A DNA stretch of 59,011 nt, filler included, from Basidioascus undulatus (lineage: Eukaryota), in assembly GCA_000826855.1 (NCBI GenBank). It is 5 parts of 5 records of this genome, joined end to end, with 100 filler letters (N's around TTAATTAATTAA, not from the genome) between each part and the next. Parts side by side here need not be neighbours in the genome. Positions count along the whole stretch, not along the records: positions 11,160 to 22,210 come from JTLS01001053.1; positions 22,311 to 33,343 come from JTLS01001054.1; 3 more parts are not named here. One strand, given 5' to 3'. The notes under the pieces were generated by a model, which worked only from the letters and a program-made list of their open reading frames with translations, was not told the DNA's origin and ran no database searches. How positions within the stretch are numbered: the stretch's first letter is position 1; each line of letters starts with the position of its first letter. Made by a program: the position numbers and the translations under genes. Of the stretch, positions 11,525 to 23,267 are shown piece by piece.

Positions 11525-12950
11525 CTGAGTTTGTGTTCTGGTCCCCTCATTTGAAGCCACCAGGTAACAGCCATGCCACAGGTATTAACACCTTGCTTAG
11601 TACAAATATATCTGCCCTGAAATCATCTCAAATTCTAGCTACATGGCCAATGATGCTAAGTAAAGGAGACATGCCTCTCCCTCAGGGATTTATTTGTGAT
11701 CTCCCAGTCAGTGTTGGCCTGGCAAGAGGTACATGGTACATTTCTGTGGCTTTGGTCTGTAACATTACTTAGCCTGAGGAGTGGGTTGACCATATCAAAA
11801 GGGCAAACCTTGATGTGACTGGAACTACGGAGGGGACTCCTCATGCCAGTGTATGATGTTGCTGACTTTCCAGTGCCAAAGGTACTGGACAATGTGGGAC
11901 TGCCATTGTAATCCCAAATTTCTATGCTTTTCAACCCAAATTTATAGGCCTGTCAGGGTGTGAGAATGGTGTCCTATGAGGGGGAAAGATCAAGTGATGG
12001 AATGTCCTGCCTTGACTTGTATGCACTTCATGTTACTGCATTGCTTGCTGTCTGCAGGGCACATTTCTGTTCTTTGAGATGCAAGGATGTTTCAAGGCCT
12101 TGCAGAATTTCCTTGAAGCACTTGGCATGGGAGGATTCTACTCTGCTGAACCTTGCATTACGTGAAAGGAGAGTTAAACATGCCTTAAAACAGGCTTCTT
12201 GGACTGGTCCCTCAGGCTTTTTGAGCATTATCAGCTGGAGGCTCGCACTGATGATTCTGTGGCTCACGTGCCCTGCTTGTGGCATCAGACTCAAACAGGC
12301 CATAATTAATTGTGGTGCTGGTATGGCTTTTGCTACACTGACTTTGCTTTCCGCTTCCCTGAAATAATACAGTGTTGGTGATGGCACTGCAGGTACAGGA
12401 GTGGTGCAAATCTCATATATAATGTCTTCACAATATTTAACCAAATTTGTACATGATATGAGTGTTGTTTGGCAGAGGCTTGGAGTACTCTGGTTCCTAG
12501 CTTTGCCCCAGCTCCAAAGCAATCGGACCAACAGATACTAGTGTGATGAGATATAGATTTTATCCTTCCCAAGTCCACACTGACAGCCTGTCAACACGCA
12601 AGGATCCTCCTGTGGGTGCTGGCTTGCCTTTAGTGGGTTCCCATGCATCCCATTTTGGTTTGATGCAGACAGCACAGGTGTGAGCCTGTTGTTCAACTCC
12701 CAAACATCATATTCAGTGGCATAAAAATAGTGTTTTTCCTGGACTTACCACAGGTGAGTATCAAACCTGGCATCATGAAGACAGACACCTGGCTGCCGTT
12801 GTTGTTAGTCCTGCCAAGCCTCTGGGTCAAGGCGGCAACATTATGGTGTTGCATGTTTCTTTTGTTTCAAACATAAGGAAGAAGAGCCCTATATCTTTGC
12901 AGATGTAGAGTGACATGGGTGTTGGTAGCCAAGGTTTCAGTGAGACCGCA
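11525..12950. mobile_element. CpG-depleted degenerate repeat or transposon relic
   Basis: Very few CG dinucleotides and many TG/CA compared with the CpG-rich flanking genes. Broken minus-strand ORF fragments rich in C/H/M/Q/W and stops. No RT, integrase or transposase motif recognised. Confidence 0.55.
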
Positions 12951-13228
12951 TGGCGCGCGGACGGCAGTGAGTTCACGAAAGTCCACATCCGCCTGCAATT
13001 TGTCCACATCTCGTTTCATAGTGTCATTCTGTAATTTTTGCACACAGTACCTTCATACGCATTCTCTAGAGTAGTGTTCACAATGTCCAGTGTCCCAAGT
13101 AGTTGTACGTGGAGCAAGGAGCCCGACCAACCGTTGCGTGCAACAAGCCCGCCTGATGAAGGCGCGATAAATCTTAGTTTCCCGCAACAACAACATAACT
13201 GCTCGCCGCCCACCCTCTCGACCCTCCG

Positions 13229-16200
13229 CTACTCCCCACCCCCTCCTGCGCCAGCTGCCCTCCTTCCACCCCTCCCGCCCGCAAGTCTTCGCACAAACGT
13301 CTTGCGTTGCCAATGCACGCGCATCTCCAAGCGCTGGAGCGCATCCTTCGCCTGCGAGCGGTCGATGTGTGTGCTCTTGGTGTCGACTGTTTACCGCGTT
13401 CCCATCCCAATTTCTCCCCAGTCAATTATTCGGCAGGTCACTGAGGGGAGGGAGGAAGAGAGCCAGACGACGCACCGATCTTCCCATTCACCGCCTTGAG
13501 CGTATCCATGATCTCGCCCAACACATCCCCCTCTCCTTCCCCAGCCACTCCTCTCTGCTTCCGCTCAACTCCCTCCCGCACGTAGCCTTCCACATCGCCG
13601 AGCACGACGCCGAGCATTGCCACACGCCGCGCGAGGTCGCCGTAGTCCGTCTCGGGCGTGATCGTGAACGGGCTCGGGGTTTGCCCTTCTTCGTCGGCAG
13701 CGGCAGGCGAGGCGGGGGAAGAGGGGGAGGACGAGGAGGACGTGGCGCCTTTGAGCACGCGCAGGATGGGGCGCAGGTCCGGTGGGCGGAGGTACTGCTC
13801 CTGACCGTTATCCGGCATCCGACCCAATCAGCGTGCCCCTCTCGCCACGAAAGAAAAGGAGATTGAACGGTACAGAGGCAGGAAGGAGAGTACGACGTAC
13901 GGGCTCCACGCCCCCCTCTACTCTCAGCCCGTCCAGAAAGAGTACCCAGGCCAACCACCGCCTCATCCTTCTGCACGTCTCCGTGCCTGCCGGGAAGGCC
14001 TTGACGAGTGCGAGCTGGAAGTCGGACGGGCGGCCGGTCCCGCACGGGAAGGCGCCACTGAGCGCGTAGAGCTCTGTTTCTGGGTCCGCTGAGGGGGCGG
14101 CGGTGGAGGAGGAAGGAGAGGAGAGGAGGGCACGTTCAGATGTGGCGTGCAAGACGGTTTGGAGGGGATGGGAGAGCGGGTCGAGCGAGAGGAGGAGCAG
14201 CGCTGTGAGGAGGTGTGGGAGTGTCTCGGGTGAGAGGAGATGATTCCTGTGGGTGGGGAAGAGAGGGTCGTTAGATCTGGCATTACTCTGGGAAGACGGA
14301 AGCAATGAAGGAAAGGGAAGGGAGAAACGTACTCGGCAAGCGCATCGATCACCCGCACCAGCCGTTGGATGACCCGCACCCTCAAGACGTCCCTCTCCCT
14401 TTTCTTTTCCTCCCATCCCTCCTCGTCCCCCATACCCCCATCCCCACCCATCTCCACATCCGCGCCCGCACCGTCCTCCCCCTCCTCGGCCTGCTTCTCT
14501 TCGATCAGCCTGAGCGCATCGCGTGTCGAACCGAGGCGTAGGAGAACGCCGAAGTAGGTGATGAGGGAGAAGGGCGATGTCCCGGGTGTGAGAGACGGGA
14601 TGAATGCGAGAAGGGCTGAGAGCGCTGTTGAGGCGGTGGAGGGCGTCGGGTGGAGAAGCGCTGGTAAGGGTGGGAGGAATGAGCGTTGGCCGGTACGGTG
14701 AGGGTGAAGAGATCATACCAGTCTCCAACAGCCAGAGCAAGACCGCATCCCTCTCCTGCTTCCCCACCTCTGCCCTCCCCAACGCTCGCGGGACAAGGCT
14801 CAGCAGCACCTCCAGCGCCTCCGCCTGCCCCGCCTGCACGGCCTCCCCCACAGCGCGCACGACCTTCCCGAGCTTCCCCCCGACCTCAAGCACACCCTCG
14901 AGCCCGCCCACGCCGCGCCACCCCTCCACGTCAGCCATCCTCCGCTCATCCCAAAAGCGGAACCCGCCCGCTCCGCCCCGCCGACGCTGCTCGCGTTTCT
15001 CCTGGCGCGCGGCGCGCTTGGCGCGCTTGTCGGCGCCCAAGAGGGAGTGTATCGCGTCGGACGCGCCGGGGAGGGGGGCGCCGGGGGCGGAGTGCGCAGT
15101 GGAGAGCGATTCGTCCGAGTCGGGTTCAGCTTCGGTGTCCGAGTCGGACGAAGAGACGTCAGAGGTCGGGGAAGTGGGGACGGAATTGGGTTCGTCTTTT
15201 TCGTGGTGCGCCTTGAGCTCTTCGGCCTTGAGCCGGGCCTCGGCGAGCTCGAGCCCGTCCACGCCGGTCCCGAGCTTGTCCGCCGTGCGCTTCTCGGCCA
15301 ACATCTCGTCGAGGAAGATGTTGCGTCCATTCTTGTACCCCTCGCTGGAGGTAGGGGCTGACGCAGACGCGGCCTTCTTGGGCCCGAAGAGCCCGTGCGG
15401 GTTGTAGGCTTTGGAGGGGGGAGGTGCGGCTATTCGACGAGGACGGGTGGAGGGTCCAGCGGCGGCGGTGGTGTTGCGCGTGGAGCGGCGCGGGCGCGGG
15501 GTGGGCTCGTCGGCGTCGGAGGCGTCTGAGTCCGGAAAGGAGAAGAGCGGGGAGGTCGAAGGCCCGCGGGAGGTGGAGGGCGCGGTGGTAGGTTCGGGGG
15601 CGGGTTTCCTGTTGCCCAGTCGGTCAATAGAGAGCGAGTAAGAGAGGTAGTTGGAGAGGTGGAAAGTTGCAAGAAGACACGCACTTTGACTTGAGGGAGA
15701 TGCAAAAGCCAATGTCGTCGTCTTCGCTGCTGCTCGTGTCGGAGAGATCGATCGCGCCCTTGGGCAGGTCGTCGTCGGAGAGGGTGAGGGTTCCAAACGG
15801 CTTGGTCGCAGGTGTCGAAGTCGTGGCCCTGGGAGTGTCCCCACCAAGTTGAGCATCTCCATCTCCACTCTCTTCCGACTGCAAGGAAAGGCGGGGACGC
15901 ACATCTGGGCAAGTGGACTCGGGGATCGGGCCTTGTGCTGCATCTTGCTCTGGCTCAAGCTGCGCCCGGTCGTCTTTGTCGCGGACAGTCTGCCCAAGGA
16001 CACGCTACGCTCGGGCTGGGCGCGCTCGGCGCTGGCGGCGATGATGACGCCGATGAGGTCGCCTCGCTTGGGCTTGGGCTTAGGCGTCGGCGTCGGTGTC
16101 ACGGCGCGGTCCTTGGCCGGGGACTGATGCTGGTGCCGGTGCTCCCTGCGAGTCTGTGGCGCAGGGCTAGAGGGGAGGGGCGCGGAAGAGTGCGACAACT

Positions 16201-16243
16201 TCGACGGCGACGAGGGGACCGCCTTGGATGACTTTGGCGGCAT
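13229..16243 (-). CDS. Probable Smc5/6-associated Nse6/SLF2-like (CANIN-type) protein, multi-exon
   Basis: Long disordered N-terminus (MPPKSSKAVPSSPSK...) followed by a helical C-terminus TDYGDLARRVAMLGVVL...LKAVNGKI|VDTKSTHIDRSQAKDALQRLEMRV. This resembles the I-x-D/E-x(5-6)-R-[ST]-x-x-K-D end of SLF2/Nse6 proteins. The gene itself is well supported; the family call is from memory. Confidence 0.55.
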
Positions 16244-17447
16244 GAGGGCAAGCGAGGGCGAGCGAGATCGCCGGCGACCACGTTGAAGCGGATGGACAAG
16301 ACGGACGCGCGACCGCCCACGCGATTTGCACCCGCGTTCTGCCAAAGGAACCCGGGCCGTCGTCGCCGTCGCTTAAGCGCAGTTTGGTACATGCACACGC
16401 TTTCTTCGAAATCTGGTCCATAAGAATACAGATTAGCTAGGCCTCAACAAAAAAAAAAGAACCCGACAAGTCACTCCCACCCACAACAACGCGCTGGAGC
16501 TCACGGACCGACCTGTGCAGTGTTTCTAACTGCTATTCGACATCTTACGTTCCCCTCGAGCTTCAAATAACCGTAGGGCATTCAACAATGGAAAGGTAGG
16601 TGACGGCCAGTTCATCCCAAAAATGTGCGTCGGGTGCTAATCTCAATGAGCGCTACTGGCACCGCACACAGTGACGCGGTCGTTTCTTCGTATGCTCAAC
16701 AACATCGCACAACCGTCAGCTCACACGAGATCGTCTCAAGTATAGCCATATACGGTCATGACATCCTTTCAAACTACTGTCTGGGTTTCACGTCGGTGTG
16801 GAAGGACATGGCACACAGAAACCTCAGGCTGCTGCAAGCCCACAGCGTGCCGCTCTTGCTCCCTACTATCTCCCATTCCCACGCTCAACCCCTATATTCA
16901 GATGAAAGAAGAATGGTTAACCCTAGGCTGAAAGTATGTCCAGACTGTCCACTTTCAAGGCCAGCGCGTGCGTGTCTCGATCGCAAGCAGCTGTGCCAGT
17001 TACAGCCTAGCCACATCAGTATGGGACGGAGAGAATGAGAAATATCTGAAGGTATCCATCAAGGAATATAAAAAAGCTGAGAGGTGTTTTGCACAGAAGC
17101 TGGTCTTGGCGATCACAGCCATGCATGATGCGTCGAGTCGACGCTGCGTGCACATTCACTCTCGCTCCGCGCTTTCATACCTGACTTTCAACACCCACAG
17201 ACTTTTTTTTCTCCAAATTGAATGGTGCCATGGAACTTTTCCCAAGGAGGCGGGCGCCCAGACTCACATCTAGCACATTGAGGTGCTCTCCGCTGCGCGA
17301 GTTTTCAGACATTGCGAATCACCGTTGGCGACCTCCTCTTGACCTCCTCAGCAAACGCGGCCTTCATTTGACCGCTGTCGTAGATTATTTAGTTTTCGAT
17401 TGCTTTTCTGTATTTCCGTCTCGCTTACAATCGTCACCCACTTGCAG

Positions 17448-18396
17448 AGGGCATGTCCGTCATCTTGTATGCGAACAAGGTAAGCGTCATGCTCCTTGAT
17501 AATCCCACCGACTCTAACGGAAACATTTCGTCTATAATTATTGCAGGATTGGCGCTCCTTCCAATACTACAGCTAGGAGTTTACGCTTCTCCCACTCTCG
17601 CGGGATCTCGGTATGTCCAAAGCTGCTTCTGTCCGTTATCTTCCTGCAAGTAATACAGACTTGTGTTCCACAGTCCCGGTGCTATCATTGCGGGTACCTG
17701 GGCGGTCATGAATCACATCGACGAATAAGGGTACATCTCACTCTGTCGCGGGATCCTGGGTGCAGCACGCACCATCGAGTCGAGCATCCGCGCCGAAATC
17801 CCCGAACTCTACAACATCGGCAGACCGCTTGGGTCGGTCGTCGCCTTTGCCAGCGACAAGTTGAACATCTACGAGGTCGGTTTCGTGATAGATTCCGCGC
17901 TGTCTTTCATCTGCCCTAACCCGCGCGTGGATCTGGTGTTTGCAGATTGGCGACCTCCTCGCAAGCGCGGCTTATTTGGCCGCCGCTATCACCGACCCGC
18001 CAGCGCTGCATATTGCTGTCACTGTGCATTTGAAATTGTTCAGTGCCTTTCAGCCCGCACTCACTTGGCTTTCCCCCCTTTCGCAGCGTCTCACGATCGC
18101 CGCCGTTCCGCAACTGATCGAAGACCTGAAGTGGGCGTCAAGGAAGCGAAGAGCAAGCCGTCTGGCAAGGGCAGCCTCGTTTCCCTCTACGGTACGTGGT
18201 CAACATCGCGACTGCCGGGGCAAGGGTTTTGACATGATCTTCTATTCAGGTCTTGGAACTTCCAGCGCTGTCGGTCCTACCATGGTCTCTCGCTTGGCCA
18301 AGGGCTTCCTTGTGAGTCCGGTTCTTCCGTAGATGGTGCACAGGAACTCGCTCATATTGCTTGGCAATCGTGCAGGACGTACTTTACGTTATCTGA
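17448..18396 (+). pseudogene. DPL1: Sphingosine-1-phosphate lyase pseudogene (C-terminal half)
   Basis: Motifs KGMSVILY, GVYASPTLAGSR|PGAIIAGTWAVM, EIPELYNIGRPLGSVVAF, PPALHIAVT, VSLYGLGTSSAVGP. In-frame TAA at 17726-17728 and frameshifts after FQYYS and after LIEDLK. The N-terminal half is not recognisable upstream. Confidence 0.85.
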
Positions 18397-19220
18397 GCCT
18401 CGTCTTTTGTGCCGTGTATACCACCGCTCCTCGCTTCATTGCTTCATTTGTCAACCGTCTTTCCCCAAGCTTGTCTTATACCCAAAGAAGAGGTCGAGAT
18501 GACGAGATTAACCTCCGCCGCGAGGCTTCAACCTTGATTTTGACGAGAGAGAGAGCTATGTTAGTGGGGCGTTCTTCGCGAGACAGTTGAGCGAGCCCCG
18601 TCCAGAATGTCTGGGCTCTGCAGTGGAGAGAACAACTCAAGCGGTGTAATTGTACTGGCAACGAGAGAACAAGACAGTATCTGTTCTACCAAGTAGATGT
18701 TAGGTAGTAGGGAGAAAAGCAAGGTCGGTCCAACTCTTGAGAGTGCAGATCTTCTTTTGACCACAGCGTGTTAATTTCACTTGCATTATGATCCACTACC
18801 CAATCAACATCGATGTTCAGAGCCAAAGTTGCAGGGAAGTCAGACGTAGTACCTTTTGCGGAAGGAATGCGCTGCAGAGGTGCGCTTAAGCTGCTTAAGC
18901 TTGAAGTTGACTGTTGGATGTGCCTCACTGCCTACCATTATCGATTTACAGAAACCCAGAAGTCTATGATGCGAGTGCGATGGAAACCATGGTACATAGA
19001 GCGGGAGAGGGAAGAAGCGATGCGAGGAGCGGAACCGATTGAACGTGATCCACGATCTATATGCGACGAGTTAGGGAGGGATAGAGAAGTGTGCAGCAGA
19101 GAATGGAGTTGTGTGGTCCATAGGCGTTTCTACATGACAAGACCAACAAAGCGCAAGAGGAAGTCTCCATGCGAGATAGGGGGGGATAAAAGCGGGTGAA
19201 ATAAGAATTAAGCTGTGACA

Positions 19221-22210
19221 TTAGGTAGTCGCGGTCGTGCGGCGGTTGAGGGACGGTCGGCGAGCTTGAAGGGCTCCTGAAGTTGGTGGATCGTTGAGGA
19301 CAAGCGTGTCGAGCGACGGGGGACCCTGATGACCGTCGCCGTCCGCGCGAGACGCAGCCGCACGAAGCTGGGCCATCGTGCCCGCATCAAGACTGCTCAC
19401 GCGTGGTACGCGCCCTTCGACCTCGTCGTATGTCGGCAGACCCGGGCTAAGCGAGATAAACGACGGGTTAGCAACCAGAAATGGAAGGATCGAGGTGGAG
19501 AAGAAAGCAGCATACCTGAGCGGAACGACACCTCCGCCGAGGAAACCCCTCGCAGCAATGTCGTATGACGGCACGGTGTTGAGCGCGCGCATCTCGCGCG
19601 CCTCCTCGGACTCGCCGCCCTCGCTCGGGCCCGGCGGGGGCGAGCTCAGGTCGACCGAGGGCGTATGCGGCGTGTTGGCCCCGGAGGAGCGGTTCGAGCG
19701 GAAGGTCGTAAGCGGGCGGAGCGCTTTCGGAACGTGGAACAGCCCGTGGTGATGGTGGTGCGAGCGCTCTCCTTCGCTGCCGCCGTCGCTCGGCCTGCGC
19801 TCCGGCGAACTCGCGCGCGAGGAAGGCCGGCTGTTGGCGCGACTGTGCGAGCGGCTCGTCGGGCGTGACGAGTTGGGCGTGACGGTGGGAGAGACGGAAC
19901 CGGTCGAGCACGCGCGCTCCTGCTCAGCGGCGAGCTGGCCGAGCGAGAAGAGCAATTCCGAATCCGCCCAGTTGAGATGCGGGCGCGCGGGCAGCCCGCA
20001 CCGGCTGTCCCATGGGGTCTGCGCGCCGGACGAGCCAGAGTCCTGGTGCAGTTCGCGGTCACGCGAGGAGAGGTGCGATTCGCGCGGGACGGAGGAGGGG
20101 CCGGGGAAGAAGATGCCAGGGGTTGTGGGGCGCGAGGCGGCGGGCGAGGAGGACGCGGGCGAGTGCATGGGTGAGAAGGAGTTGCCGACGTTGTTGGGCC
20201 CGCCGGTGGACCACTGGACGGGTACGGTACCCGACGCGTGCGCGTCCGCGTTCGCGATCCGGTCGTAGACGTGGTTGGAGTAGCTGGGGAGGTCGGTGTT
20301 GGGGGAGGGAGGACGGCCGTCGGCGAGCGAGCCGCCGAAGAGGAGGTTACGCGCAGTGGACGTCGCGGCGCGCGCTTCGTCCATGAGGTGCGGGGCGAGG
20401 ACGTGTATCGGGAGGGCGCAGCGAAGCTCGGAGGTGTGTCCGTCGCGGTTCAGGATCAGGCAGGACCACTTGATCTTGTGCGTGAGGAAGACGGGATCTG
20501 GATGGCGATTGGGATTAGCATCGAGGTTTGTCACAATCAAGGAAGACGAGGCAAAATACGCACAATACCCATGACTCGGCGTCGTCCATATCGGCAGCGT
20601 GATCTTGATCACGTCGTCCATCTCGCCGTCGCCCATCTCCGTCAAGTCTTCCGGACCTTCCGCTAACCTCGGATCGTCGTCGCGCCGCCGAACCCTGGGC
20701 CTCGTTCCCGTACTCGGGCCAGGAGTCGCGTCCGCCGGCGCTCTTGAAGAGCTGGCGCTCGAGCCCGCCCCTGAAGCGCCGGCCAGGTCGTATGTCGCCC
20801 CGGGCGGGAAGTACCCCTCATCCGCCTGCCTGACCGTCGAAGCTGTTGGCATGCCATTGGCAGCAGCCGCCGCCTCCGCCGCCGCTCGCAAGTCGACGCC
20901 CCCTCCAGTTGCACGGCTCGGGCCGAGCTCGAAAGGCGTAACGGGCTCGAGCCCGCCGCGCTGCGCGCGCTGCACGGGCGACGCCGGTGCGCTCTTTGTG
21001 CCCCCGCGCAAGAAGGCGTGCGAGGATGAGGAGGTGGAGGCGGCGGTGTCGACGAGCTGCGCGCGGCCGTCGGGCGTAATCTGGTGCTTGACGAGGGTGA
21101 CGACGCGCGTGTCGGGGTGCGAGGACGAGCGCGTGTGTACGACGCTGTACTCCTTGACGATGGTCGTGAGCGAGAGGACGCGCACGCCCTTGGTCAGGGG
21201 CGAGAACTTGATCGAGACGGGGATCTCGTCGCCGGCGGCGAACGCCTTGTGCGGTAGCGTGAGCGCGTACATAATCTTGCCGGGCCAGGTGTTCTGAGGA
21301 TCGAAGGAGAATAATGCGATGTCAGCAAAGACGCGAGAGAAAGCCAGGCAGTGAAGGCAGAATTGGGACGCGTGTGCGACCTATGCGACCTATGAACAAG
21401 CCCGAGCTCATCCCACCCAACCTCCAAGGCATCCCTGCTTATCTCCAATGCAAACGAGCTGCTCACCTCGATATCGAGCGTCTGTGTGAACTCGAGCGCC
21501 TCGACCGGCAGGCTGTGGCAGACGCTGACGTTCGTCCACGCCTGGAAGTTGCTCGCGAACGCGCTCGCGCGTACGGCGGTCGCCTTGAGCTTGTAGCTGA
21601 TCTGGGCGGTGCCGGTCGGGAGGCGGAGAGAAGAGGGCAGCTCGCCGGGAAGCTCGAGGGAGAAGGGGAAGGTGTGCCGGCCGGCCTTAAGGGTGTGGGA
21701 GTGCTTCTTTGTGCCCTCGAGGAAGGACCAGTCGTGGGAGATGAGGGGGTGGGTGTGGTGGTGGTGCTTGAGAACGGCGCTCCTGGAAGAGAAAGAGGGG
21801 GGGGAAAGCAGAGTCAGTCTCGGAAAGGGGAAGGTGAAAGGTGGGCAGCAGGGGTCGCCTGCAGGGGCGAGAAGACGAAGACTCACCCGGTGCTGGACTC
21901 CATGAAGGACACCTTGGCCTTTCCAAAGAAGTTGAGGGTGATCTCGCGGATGTTTGTGCTCTCCATGAGGGTGAGGACGAGCCTGCCGCTGAGGATGCCG
22001 GGCTGGGTGTCGCCCTGGACGCCGCGGAGGACAACGTGCTCGTGGTCGAGGAGGATCTCCATCTGGCTTCCGCCCGGGGTCTGGAGGTCTGGCGGGGGGA
22101 AGGCGGGGGAGGGTTGTGGGATTGGGATGCGCATGGGGGGCGGGGGCGTGGGCATGGCGGAGGAGGAGACCGAGGGGGCCAGGGAGGAGGAGGAGGGCGC
22201 TGCTGCTGCT
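19221..22210 (-). CDS. Alpha-arrestin / Rsp5 adaptor (Rod1/CreD-like); 5' end may be cut by the spacer
   Basis: Arrestin_N (ILSGRLVLTL, HTLKAGRHTFPFSLELPGELPSS, ISYKLKATAVR), Arrestin_C (NTWPGKIMYALTLPHKAFAAGD, THKIKWSCLILNRDGHTSELRCALPI) and PY-like motifs LPSY, VPSY and LPTY. Confidence 0.9.
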
Positions 22211-22310
22211 NNNNNNNNNNNNNNNNNNNNNNNNNNNNNNNNNNNNNNNNNNNNTTAATTAATTAANNNNNNNNNNNNNNNNNNNNNNNNNNNNNNNNNN
22301 NNNNNNNNNN
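22211..22310. other. Artificial contig spacer
   Basis: N44-TTAATTAATTAA-N44. Confidence 0.98.
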
Positions 22311-22402
22311 CGGGGCCCACAACCAGAAGACCCTGACTTGGTTCACCGCCAAAGCCCTCTCCCTCCCATCGCCAACGCTAAGTGGCCTAAACCAAACCCC
22401 AG

Positions 22403-23267
22403 ACGCCTGATAACAAACATCCTCATATCATTCCTCACGACCCCGCGGGCCGATCCCAAGCGCTTCGAGATGCTGTCCCTCCTCGCGTCCGTCCTCTCGT
22501 GGGACGATGAGGAGCGCGAGCAGGCTGGCCTGCAGCGCGGGGGTGGGGCCGGCCCCAGCGCACCGGGAAGGGGCGTGAGGAGAGTCAGCAGCGCGAGCCC
22601 GGCGGCTGCGGGGGCGGGCGGGCAGGAGGAGGAGAGCGCTGCGAGCGAGGTGCGTTTTCGGGTTTCTCTTCTTTTCTCGTCCCATGTACCGGCTGTTGAT
22701 ATTCACTCCCACCCTCAGTCATTCGGCACCCTCTTCGTCGAGTTCCTCCTCAAAGAGACCCAATCCTCTGCCAATCTCAACCAGCCCCCCTCCACCTCCA
22801 CCGACTCGTCCTCCTCTTCCGCATCCTCCGAGACGCGCCTCCTCCCGCCCAACTGGCGCGCAAACCTCCCCTCCGCGCTCCTCCACATCGCCACCCGCTC
22901 TCGCCCTCCAACGACAACCGTGTCCCCTTCGCCCGCGAAGCTCGCGTTCCTCGCCTCCTGGGCATCAACCAACATGGACCCTTCCTCCGCGCTCCACGCG
23001 CTCCTCGCCTCCCGCATGCGCGCCATCCTCGCAAGCCTCATCGAGGCCGACCTCGAGCGCAGCAGGTTCGTCCAGATCCCTCGCTTCGCGGGGAAGAAGA
23101 AGGACGCCGGCGCGGATGGGAGCTTGTTTGTCGGCACCGGGCTCGAGTGCCTTGAGGGAGAGATTCGAACGGTCGTGGAGCGCTTGGGAAGGATCGCAGA
23201 GTTCAACCTCGCTGTCTTCCAGCACGTCTACGCCGAGATCGTCGCGCCGCCCACCGCCGCGGCGTAG
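22403..23267 (+). CDS. 3' end of a gene: GRAB domain (Rud3/GMAP-210-type golgin) continuing in frame into a Tcp11/Sok1-like C-terminus
   Basis: RLITNILISFLTTPRADPKRFEMLSLLASVLSWDDEEREQAGL...SFGTLFVEFLLKE (GRAB plus GA1 motif), then WASTNMDPSSALHALLASRMR...GLECLEGEIRTVVERLGRIAEFNLAVFQHVYAEI (Tcp11-like end). Confidence 0.7.
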
